From: Fimicolochytrium jonesii
Taxonomy: Eukaryota
NCBI RefSeq assembly: GCF_025526975.1
Contig: NW_026515704.1
Coordinates: 124,001-188,000 of the forward strand
Length of the DNA: 64,000 nucleotides
Direction of reading: 5' to 3'
Positions within the stretch are counted from its first letter, which is position 1; each line of letters starts with the position of its first letter. This document shows, piece after piece, positions 1 through 10,624 of the stretch. The position numbers and the translations under genes were made by a program. The notes under the pieces are model-generated. The model did not search any database and was not told the DNA's origin. It was given only the letters and a program-made list of their open reading frames with translations.

Positions 1-2001
1 GAGCGTGAACGCCGCGCACAGGACCGTCAACGCAGCAGTCGCGGCACCGTGATGTTGCTCCCCGTCCCTGGCCCACCCGGCCGGTCTAGACGTCAACGTC
101 AGGGTCTGCGACAACAGCGGCGCGTCGATCGTCCAGAAGGAGAGATGCCGCAGCCCGCCGACGATGAACTCCCGCCGCGACCAGGGGTTGAGCGTGAGGG
201 AAAACACGGGGGCGGGGATCACGGCGCGGGCGGCGGGGGCGCGGTGCTCTGCGGCCGACCCGGCGGCGGCGGCGGAATGGGTTCCCGGGGCAAGTTTCCG
301 CCACTCGTACACGAGCACCTCCGCCTCATCCTCCCTGTTCCCCGCAATCACCAGCGTGGTCCCGTCCTTTGCAAACGTCATGGCGGACACGCTGTGGATG
401 GGCTCCGGCAGGACAGCGGTCGCCAGCACTGTCAACTGCAGCTCGCTGTCCGGCTGGTCAGACCCCACCCGAGGGTCTTTCCCGCTGAAGCTCGTCCCCA
501 ATGGCGTGCCTGGCTCGGGCGACACGGCCCTCTGCCCGACCGATATCGACATTCTCGTCATTTTGCGCCCCGATGACGGACCGTGATGGCCGGGGGTTTC
601 GACAGCCCATACTTTGACGACCGGCGCCGGGCCCAGCTCGGCTGACGCGCCGATCCCGCCGTCGGGGTGGATGCATATGGCAGTTATGGCTTTTACGTGG
701 TGCCGGAAGTAGGAGGGGTGTGGGCTTGCATCCGCGGCGATAGGTGGCTGGGATACGTCTGGGGTTTCTGGGATCGGTGCGGTGCGACTTGGTGACCCGG
801 CAGCAGCTGTTATGACTAGATGGTTCCCGGCGGGGTGGACGGTTACCAGCCCTCGCGGGTGAGATGGTGGGTACAGATGATGGATGTTGGATCTTTGCGC
901 TTCCGACGAGTAGCCTGTCGGATGGGAATCAAACATGAGCTGGATGTGACGGGTGTCGCAAACCTGCATGTGCTGTTTGACCTCACTTACCATAAATGTG
1001 CGCTAGTTGCAGAGAACTTGATGGGAGGGTGGTGTTGATGGAGTTGGCGTAGGTGGAGGGTACCTCTATGTGTTTTAAAAACGCTAGATTCGACTGATAG
1101 GGTGCTGGAATGAGCGGTTGTTCTTCCCGAATTCGCATCTCCAGGAGTCCTCCCTTCCGCTACGACTGGAAACGGCCGGCATGAAATCAACTACTCGCCT
1201 GCTCTCTAAACTCATCCAACCATGCTTGCTCATTCATCGCAAACGGAATCTCATTCTCCAGCGCTAACCCCAAAAAGAAACATTTTCTTTAGTGTCAATG
1301 TTTCCGTCAGACCCATCAAGCCATCAACCCATCGACATCCATCAACCATGATCCGTCAACTAACTATCCACATACAACATCCTGTTCGCTCCGCTCGCGA
1401 CGAGGATGCTGGGATGCGGTGGACAGGACCGCACTCGCTAAGAGCGGTGGTCAGGGGTATTGCGCCGTTGGCGCAAGGAACTCGCTCCGCTCGCGCTCGC
1501 TTCGCTCGCAAGGCTTTCGCTTTGGTCGATCTAGCAGTCTCCCAGACCAAACCCAACCCTGCACCTCGCCGTCGCTCGTTGCAGTTCAACACCCCCGGCT
1601 CGCTCTCGGTCGCGGCTCGCCTACTCACCAAGCAAATCCTCATCCCCACCGCCATCCGTCCTCTCCCCATCCTCGTCGACATCCCCACTACTACCGCCTC
1701 GAACCCTCGTGGTCGACTTGACCGACGAGGTAGAAGACTTTGCGGACCCCTTTTTGCCTACATGCGTTTTGCCAAGGTCGTGAAGTGACGGGGCGGTGCG
1801 ACGGCGGGCGCGGATGCGGGCGGGCCAGCAGGGGCAGGAGCCGGTCATCCCTTTGTGGACGGTGGAGGGAGGGGATGGATAGTATGCAAATAGGTTGTGC
1901 CTGGGGCGTAGTCGGTTGTCGCTTCCCGAGGGCCCGCGGACGTTCGCTTCGAAGTGCGGAGGTGGGCAGGAAGGAGCAGAACGCGTCGCTTGATGACACA
2001 C
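1..2001 (-). CDS. Echinoderm microtubule-associated protein-like (EML) HELP-motif/WD40 protein; 5' part only, gene runs off the window start; start codon uncertain
   Basis: Exons 1629+, 1065-991 and 914-<1 (introns 1628-1066 and 990-915) splice in phase to give ...TLPSSSLQLAHIY/GYSSEAQRSNIHHLY (HELP-like), then YFRHHVKAITAICIHPDG...VVKVW and FIVGGLRHLSFWTID (WD40-like). Confidence 0.75.
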
Positions 2002-2402
2002 GCGCTGTTCTCGTCGTTCCCTGCGGACTGTGCAGATGATATGGACGCTGCGGGGGTGGTTCTGCTACGAGGGGACTATGCGCGACCCTCCCAACCCATA
2101 CCGAGACCTGTGCTATCTTCCGACCCCAGATCCAGCATCCAGATGGGCTCGCAGGCGTGGGTTACGCGTGGTTTCAAAAACGACAGCTAAGCAGTGAGTG
2201 AATCCATCCATGCCCACAAACATTATCGAACATGTGGTAAATGATATAACATGCACCACCGGCCACCGGGCCTATGCATATGTATGACCCAGAAATACAG
2301 GTCGTTCTCCGCTATACACCGCCATTAAATCGCAGAATAGGCAGCCATATATGTACACGGCGGGGGTGAGGACTATCTGCAGGAGCCACATGGGTTGCTC
2401 AC

Positions 2403-4131
2403 TCATGGTGCCCGATCCTCCCACCCTGTATACATGACAACCGAGAAGGCCTTGAGTTCCGGTTGGGCTGACAATGCCTATCAAATCAAAAACATAGTCA
2501 GGAATCCTGACATCAATCCACAGGAAATATTGAATCACGCATACCTCCAAGAAGATATTTGGCACCCCGTTCAACACACTATGCGCAACCCGGCTGACGA
2601 CGGGTATCGCGCCCGCCAAAAGTAACGTCTTGCCCTTATTCACCGGCCCCACATCCAGTTGTTGTTGACCTGGTGCTAGTTCTGTGACAGATGAGTGGGC
2701 GTGTTGGTCGGTGATGAAGGTAGGGCGGAACTGTTTGGCGAGGAGGTCGAAGGCTTCGTCAAGGGAGGAGTGGAGGACGTGGGAAAAGTCCGTGCTAAGA
2801 AGAGGGGGATAGATATTGCGTTGAGGTGGTTAGCGGGTTTTTTGCGGGATGGGTTGGGAAAAGAAGGGGGTTCGAGATTACCTCTCGACGAAATCACGCG
2901 TCTCGTCCAGTAGCACGTCCAGCTCCTCGTCCATTGTGAACTCCTCGTCGTCGCCGCCGCTGGCGCTTAGGACTTCTTCTTCTGTCCCTTCTTCTGGGAG
3001 GAGGTACGATGCTACCTTTTCACTGTGGAGGCGGTGCAAGACCGTGATGAGTGTCCATGATCTCTTGTGAACAGCAAGCCAGACGAAGGAAGGAGGGTGG
3101 ACTTTGCTTTACCTGAACCCGTCTCCCTCCACTTGGCTCCTAATCTGGCTGATGATGTTCAACATCACGTCGTAGGTTATCGGTTCCTTCAACGACATGC
3201 TGTGTGGGTGGTCACATTCACTTCATCAGCCTCCATCCCCACCGAACGCTACTCAACATAGCCACAGCACACATACCTCCCCACAACCTCCCCCACCGCC
3301 CTTCTCACCCTCTCCACACACCCTTTCCACCCAACATTCAGAACAAACCAGCTAAATGTCAAATACTTGCGCTCGGTCTCATCCGTCACCGTCTTTTTCG
3401 CGGCGACGACCACGCCGGGAGTGTCGGCGTCGTCGTCGACTTGCGGGGCAAAGGCGACGACGCTGTCGAGGTAGAAGAAGCGACCGAGGAGGTTGAGTTG
3501 CAGGTGGGTGAAGACGATGAGGAGGGTGACGAGGTAGACGGCGGATATTGTTCGTGTGAAGCCTGTAGTGATGCGAATCGGTAGGTTTTCTGCATCAGCC
3601 TTCAACCCTTCACGGAGTCTCATCCGCAGCAGATTGAACATCAAACGTACTCAATATCTTCAATTCCTCCCACAGCTCAATCTTCGTCTTCCTACTCGAC
3701 GACCCCTCCTCCGACGTCGCCACCGACCCATCGGGCGACTCCCTCCCCGCCTCATTCTTCGCCTGCCGACACTGCTGCAGCTGCGCCGTAATCAGCTCCA
3801 CATTCAGCCCCTCAAACAGTTGCTCCCCTAGCGTTGGGAGAAGCGACGCGACGGCGAAGGTGCAGTCTTGGAGGTTTTGCTCGAACCGTCTCTTCACACT
3901 ATAGAAGAGACGGAGGGTTAGTTAACGCCCGACAAATGGACGGTGAATGGAAGCGAGAACGCACTTTGACTTTGCGGTCTGCTCCAGTTCCCGTCGCTGT
4001 TGGTACTCGGACCACTTCCATTGCGCATATTTTATGAGCATGTAGCCTGCGCTGGCTGTCCCCCCGAGCCAGTAGAACTTCCGCCGGTTCCTGCCGAGGA
4101 AGCCATTTACGGACTGTACGACTGCTGACAT
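2403..4131 (-). CDS. PEX3: Peroxin-3 (multi-exon)
   Basis: N-terminal RNRRKFYWLGG plus hydrophobic segment, KRRFEQNLQDC, KIELWEELKI, FTRTISAVY...QLNLLGR, C-terminal ELKAFSVVMYTGW; stop at 2403-2405. Confidence 0.92.
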
Positions 4132-4317
4132 TGTTGTCCCTCTGTGAGTGTGTATGTGTAGTTGTCCTGTATTTGGTTATGGGGTGATCTCTGAAAGATG
4201 TCTGCAATGTCACAATCCGGTTTCCTCCGGCCAGCGGCATTTCGCACTTTCTTATTGCAGCTCCCATTGCGCTCAATTGCAAGCAACTTGAACGACATTA
4301 CGCAGGACATCCGAACA

Positions 4318-5350
4318 ATGTCGGCAACAACAGCAGCAGCAACGGCAGCACCAGACTCGCTACCCCCACCACTCGCACCACAACCGCCGTTAGCTGCACC
4401 ACAACAACGCGAAAATGCCCTAACCCACCCAACCCGCAACTCCATCCCTTTCGTGCTGCAAGCCACCACAGCGGCCGGAATAACAGGCGCCTCGCTGGGA
4501 GCGCTATTTGCGGTCGCCAAGGGGCAGAGTCATGTTGCGTGGGGGTTTGGGATGGGCGCGAACTGGGTCACGGCGTCCCTGCCCTTCTTTGGTATGGAGA
4601 GGACGAACTCGCAATTGTTCAGCTGGGACGATACTGACCGTTGGTTTTGGCCTTATAGGTTTGAGAGAGGGGATACTGCATTATCGGTACGCACGTAATG
4701 CAGCCCAGGGGATAGATAGTTTTCGGATGCGGAATAAGGACGAGCTGGTTGCGAGCATTGCGTCTGGGGCGGTTGTTGGAGCCGGGTTGGGTTTCGTTTG
4801 GCGTGAGTATCAGATTGGACAGGTGCCGCACCACCTTCCTACAATGTCATCAGATAACTAGTCGACTAACAACCTCCACACACTCTCACTCTCAGGCGGC
4901 CCAAAGGCGATAATAGCAGGCTCAGTCATGTACTCCCTCATAGCCTGCAGCACCCAAACCATCTACCTCCTCTTCCGGCAATACCGCCTCCGCCAAGGCC
5001 TCGCCCAGCACATCCGACAGCAAAACCCCTCCGCCGAGCCCCCACAACCCTGGTCAATGCGGCGCCTGCTCACCCTCGACCTTCTTCGCCCCGACAGCCA
5101 CCTGCCCTATGACCACAGCGCGCAAAAAGAGCTAGATCCGATCGGCTCGGCGTTCATTTGGGCGAGGGACGCGCTGAATCGGAGCGTGGATCTGCCCGAA
5201 TGGGCCAGCCCGCTGTTGAATGCGTTTGATGTGGAGTATCGGAAACGCTTGAATGTGAGGTTGGAGATTTTGGAGGTGCAGGTTCGGGATTTGAGGGAGA
5301 GTGTGGAGAGGATGAAGAAGGCCAAAGGCGTGGCTGGCGGTGAGCGCTGA
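4318..5350 (+). CDS. Tim17/Tim22/Tim23/Pmp24-family-like membrane protein (3 exons)
   Basis: Gly-rich hydrophobic helices AGITGASLGALFA, ELVASIASGAVVGAGLGFVW/RGPKAIIAGSVMYSL; GT-AG introns near 4592-4659 and 4803-4895. Confidence 0.6.
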
Positions 5351-6044
5351 TGGATTCCGGCATAAACGAAACCTTCTACTCTACGATGCGGCAGCTACTG
5401 TCGCTCTGCTCGTTCCGGGGTACATCCCAGACCATACGAACCTGCTATTACGAACCACCAAAATAGTACCAGCTGATGATGCGGCGTATTGCACAGCCGT
5501 TCATGTGTACATACCGGAGTTTTATACCAGCGAAAGCAGGACCTGGCTTGGACATGTCGCTATTCGGAACGTATACCAACTCGGCGCACATCCCTCAAGC
5601 TAGCAAACCTTCTCCAGCTGGCATATCATCGTTGACCCAGAGCTGTAAATATAGATTTGAATGAATTTGATACCTAGTCACATCGCGAAACGCTCATTGC
5701 ATATGTCCCTGCTACACATACACACGTTATGTGGGAATCGTTTAGCCATGGTCAGGCAGACTATCTGTCATCCTTGGTTGACGGCACCGACGCAACCAAA
5801 ACAAATCAAGAGACTCCATCTGGCTAGCGACGGCCCACTCTAGGTTGAAGGCACTGACGCAACAACATCGAAGCAAGAGACTCCGCTTGGCTGGCTAGGA
5901 ACGTGGGACAATCCTAAATACCCACGAGCGAGTCGGAGTGGTCGGAGTTTGAGACGCAAGCCGTACCCCACGTTTGAGCGCGCTACGGGCTATTCTCATT
6001 TCAAATTCAGTATGGGTCAAGAGATGGCGGAGGAAGTCCGCAAT

Positions 6045-6480
6045 ATGGCGGCTAGCAACGGGCCAGTGTCTTTTTGGGGCAATGCCCCAGTAGGCCCGGC
6101 AATGTTCATTCTCAATCTTCTCAACGATGGTCCAAATGATGGCGGAATATGCTGGCTAACGACGGGCCAGTGTCGGTTGGACCAGCAAATCGCCAATTCG
6201 AGAGGGTTGGAGCGGAGTTGAAGTCAGACACAAAAGGCAAAGCCCTAGGCCCGGCTATGTCATTCTCAATCTCCTCATCGATGGTCCAAATGATGGCGGA
6301 ATATGCTGGCTAACGACGGGCCAGTGTCGTTTGGGACAGCAAATTGCCAATTCGAGAGGGTCGGAGCGGAGTTGAAGTCAGACACGAAAGGCCAAGCCCT
6401 AGGCCCGGCTATGGGCATTTTCAATCTCCTCTTCGATGGTTCAAATGATGGGGGAATATGCTGGCTAACGACGGGCCAGC
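6045..6480. repeat. About 155-bp imperfect tandem repeat, about 3 copies
   Basis: GCTGGCTAACGACGGGCCAG recurs at 6151, 6305 and 6460 with shared flanks; a partial copy lies near 6047. Confidence 0.9.
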
Positions 6481-6810
6481 CTCCTTTGGGCGGAGGCTGT
6501 CGGAGTCTGTGTCGGAGTTGGAGTAAGCCACGTTGGACCTGCTATTCCTGTGCAATCACGTCACACTTCCAGAACACGGACTGACAGGATTTTCGACCAA
6601 ACTCCGCCTGCCCAACTCCGCCCTGGCTTGGCCCGCAAGCAACCACTTTCACTTCGTTTCTGAAGTTCCCGTCTCCGATTATTTAAACTCAGTTGCGTCT
6701 CAGACAACTCAGTTCCTCGCCGATGTTGTCGAGTTACAGCATATCCCGATACAGGTTCACTTGCTCACAACATCAACGACCTGTTTTGTTTACGATTCAC
6801 GTCTTCTTGC

Positions 6811-6977
6811 TCGTCTTACTACGTCTCGGCTGCTATACCACACGTCTCTCTGCTCGTTTCGGAGTGATTCTCAGAGCACACTACTTCTACTCTACTCTCG
6901 TCTTACTACATCTCGGTTGCGCTACTACACGTCTCTCTGCTCGTTTCGGGGTAATTCCCAGAGCACACTACTTCTAC
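6811..6977. repeat. 87-bp tandem duplication
   Basis: TCGTCTTACTAC...AGAGCACACTACTTCTAC occurs at 6811-6890 and 6898-6977. Confidence 0.9.
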
Positions 6978-6986
6978 AGCGATAAG

Positions 6987-9900
6987 ATGCTGCAATACGG
7001 CATGGGCCAATATTATCAAGAAGACTCATGGGGCTGGACCCCCGTCATCTTTGCCGTCTTTCTCGCAATTAGTTTCTTCGAAGTGTTCCGGGTAATTGAC
7101 GTAAGTCTCTTGCGCCGAACTTCGAAATCCCACATGGGTTGCGGAGTTGAACCTTCTTTCCTTTCGACAGCAGTACCAACCTGAAACTCGAAAACAATGC
7201 GACGAAGAAGAGATTGTTGTGGCGGAACTCCAGATGGCGCAGGAAATGGGGCAAATGGTGCTGAAACAGACGAAAGGTAAGAGACAGTCCCACGTTCCAG
7301 CATACACAATTTGCCTGTTCCGGCATCCTATCAATGGAGTTTCCAAACTGAAAATTTCTTAACCTATTCAGAACTGGTGAACAATTTATCGACCGTGACG
7401 ACGGTAGTGAAGCAATTGAGTCACGACCAGCATGTCCTTCAAACGCGGTATAGCAAGCTATCAGACCAGGTTCAGACGCATGGGACCGCGATTGAGGTGT
7501 TGGATACGGTACGCATTTTATGCTCTTATGTTGATGTCCCACCTTTGGTTTTGCAAATGTACCTGATGATCATTTTGCTCCCATCTTTAGACGAAGGATC
7601 GCATCCTCGAAGGACTCGCGGTCCAGGCGGAGAAGGTGAAGAAGTATGGGACAGCAATAGAGGTGTTGGATAGGGTACGCATCTGTGGTTTTATGAATTG
7701 AACAGCCCACACACCTTTGCTTGTGAAAAGGGACCTGATGATCATCTTGCTCCCGTCTTTAGACAAAGGATCGCGAGGCCCGTGCCTTGCAAGACATCCT
7801 GGAGGAAGTGAAGACGCACGGGACAGCCATTGAGGTGTGGGATAGGGTACGAATTTGTGGTTTTATGAATTGAACAGCCCACACACCTTTGCTTTTGAGA
7901 AAGGACCTAATGATCATCTTGCTCCCGTCTTTAGACAAAGGATCGCGAGGCCCGTGCCTTGCAAGACATCCTGGAGGAAGTGAAGACACATGGGACAGCG
8001 ATTGAGGTGTGGGACAGGGTACGCATTTGTGGTTTTATGAGTTGTTGCCCACACACCTTCGATTTTGAGAATGGACCTGATGATCATCTTGCTCCCGTCT
8101 TTTAGATGAAGGATCGCGAGGCCCTTGCTCTGCAAGACATCCGCGAACGACTTGCGGCTCAGGCGGAGGAGGTGAAAAACCATGGGAAAGCGATTGAGGT
8201 GTGGGACATGGTACGCATTTGTTGCTTTATGAATTTTTGCCCACACACCTTTGATTTTGAGAATGGACCTGATGATCATCTTGTTCCCTTTAGACAAAGG
8301 ATCGCGAGGCCCTTGCTCTGCAAGACATCCGCGAACGACTTGCGGCTCAGGCGGAGGAGGTGAAAAACCATGGGAAAGCGATTGAGGTGTGGGACATGGT
8401 ACGCATTTGTTGCTTTATGAATTTTTGCCCACACACCTTTGATTTTGAGAATGGACCTGATGATCATCTTGTTCCCTTTAGACAAAGGATCGCGAGGCCC
8501 GCGCTCTGCAAGACATCCGCGAAGGACTTGCGGCTCAGGCGGAGGAGGTGAAAAACCAGGGGAAGGCAATTGAGGTGTGGGACATGGTACGCATTTGTTG
8601 CTTTATGAATTTTTGCCCACACACCATCGATTTTGAGAATGGACCTGATGATCATCTTGTTCCCTTTAGACAAAGGATCGCGAGGCCCGCGCCCTGAAAG
8701 ACATCCTTGAAGGACTTGCTATCCAAGCGGAGGAAGTGAAGAAGCATGGGACCGCGATTGAGGTGTTGGATAGGGTACGCATTTGTGCTTGTGAAGTTTT
8801 GCCCACCGACCTTCGATGTGTGTAGCTAATGAGTGTCATGCTCCGATGTTTAGACGAAGGATCGCGAAGCCCGTGCCTTGCAGGACATCATCGAAGGACT
8901 CGCTATCCAAGCAGAGGAAGTGAAGAAGCATGGGACCGCGATTGAGGTGTTGGATACGGTACGCATTCGTGCTTTTGTCCACAGACTTTCGATTTCTGTA
9001 GCTGATGAGTGTCTTGCTCGATGTTTAGACGAAGGATCGCGAGACCCGTGCATTGCAGGACATCCTTGAAGTTCTCGCGGAGCAGGCGGAACGCGATAGA
9101 CTTGCTGAAGAGCAGCGACTCGCGGCGCAGGCGAAGCGTCGTGCTGTAGAGAAGCAAGTCGCGGAACTCCTTGTAAAGGAGCTGGAGCATCCCATCCACT
9201 ATATGCCACAGCGGGCGATTCAGAAGCCTCGACGTGGCGACGAAGGAAAGCAAAAGAATCAGGAGAAACTGCTGATCGAACAGGCTCGGCGTGAGGCGGA
9301 GCAGCGTGTTGCCGCGGCTGCGCAGGCGGAAGCTGAGAGAGTCGAGAAAGAAAGGGTGGAGGCTGAGCGGGAGGCTGCCGATGTTCAGGCAAGACAATTC
9401 AAGGAACAGGAAGATCGTGAACGGGCTGCAAAAGAGGCGGCTGAGCGGGAGGAGAGGGATCGTGTGATGAAGGAGGAGGAGGAGCGGAGGAGTATCGAGG
9501 AGGAACGGCAAGCCAAGATTTCGGCGGAAGCTGAGCGAATCGAGAAAGAAAGGGTGGAGGCTGAGCGGGAGGCTGCCGATGTGCAAGCAAGACGATTCAA
9601 GGAGCAGGAGGATCGTGAACGGGTTGCAAAAGAGGTGGCTGAGCGGGAGGAGAGCGACCGTGTGATGAAGGAAGAGGAGGAGCGGAGGAGAATCGAGGCG
9701 GAACGGCAGGAAGAGATTGAAGCGGAAGCCAAGCGGGTGGAAGAGGAGGTGGCGAAGCGAGCTGCGCAGGAGATTGCGGTCAAGGAGCAGGAGGATCGTG
9801 AACGGGCTGCAAAAGTGGAGGCTGCGCGGGTGGAGCGTCAGAAACGACTGGCTGAGGAGATTCGCCGCGACGATGAATACAAACAAGCGATGGAGATGTG

Positions 9901-10624
9901 GGAGATGGAGGATCCCGCGATCGAGGCCGCGCGCGAGGAGAAGCTTTTTCTAGAGCAGCTGTTCAACAAGGACATAGAGAGTGCAGAGGGGCTTTTCACC
10001 ATGGAAGACCCGGATGCCGGGATTTGGTGGTTGTACAATCCGACCCTAGAGGACGAATTGCCAGACGCTGAGTGGGTGCGTCTAGCGGAGAATCAGCGGG
10101 CGGAAGCTTGGGAGGAAGCAGAAAAGCACCGAGTGGCACAGCGCCGTGCCAAGCAGCTACGCGTCGAAAAGCGACCTGCGGGGGTACCGCGGGCGGATGT
10201 CAAATCAACGGAAAAAGGCTTGGAAGAGGAGCGGCGGGCCCAATCGAGACTAGCCAAGCTACGCCGAGCGGAGGTTGCGCTGGCGGAGAAGCGCCGTGCG
10301 GAGGTTGTACTGGCGGAAAAACGCCAAGCAGAGCACGAGCGACTGACGGCGGAGAAACTGGCTGAAGAAATTTGGGTGAGGCAACAACTGGAGGAGGAGC
10401 AGCGACGGTCGCTGGAGCGCCGATCAGAAGAGAGGCGGGCCAGGGAGCGGCGGGCGGACGACGAGGCGGAGAGACGCCGGTTGGAAGACCTACACGCCGA
10501 GGCCCTGTTCTACAAGGAGAGGCTGGCGGAAGGCCTCTCCATCGAAGAAAACTTGCAGATGTTAGCTGCAAGCAAGGACGATTGGATGTCAGAATTTACG
10601 GATGTATGTGCCTTGCTTTTGTGA
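6987..10624 (+). CDS. Orphan protein with N-terminal hydrophobic segment, exon-cassette coiled coil and E/R/K-rich helical region (12 exons; 3' end may splice further)
   Basis: Exons 6987-7100, 7171-7276, 7372-7508, 7591-7674, 7763-7846, 7935-8018, 8106-8210, 8294-8398, 8482-8586, 8670-8774, 8854-8958 and 9029-10624 join into one open frame with canonical GT..AG ends. Confidence 0.75.
7480..9070 (+). repeat. Tandem array of exon+intron units (about 165-190 bp; 9 homologous introns)
   Basis: Repeated GAGGTGT(T/G)GGA...|GTACG(C/A)AT...TTTAG|A(C/T)(A/G)AAGGATCGC. Confidence 0.95.

Noticed and set aside
1691..1760. Doublecortin-like KGVRKVFYLVGQ upstream of the EML gene
   Set aside because: Not in the frame that splices into the HELP exon, and too short to trust
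7480..9070. CRISPR-like array
   Set aside because: Units are about 165-190 bp, homologous along their whole length, carry splice sites and have no unique spacers; the context is eukaryotic with no cas genes
8903..9886. 327-aa minus-strand Leu/Phe/Ser-rich ORF
   Set aside because: Antisense shadow of the E/R/K-rich exon
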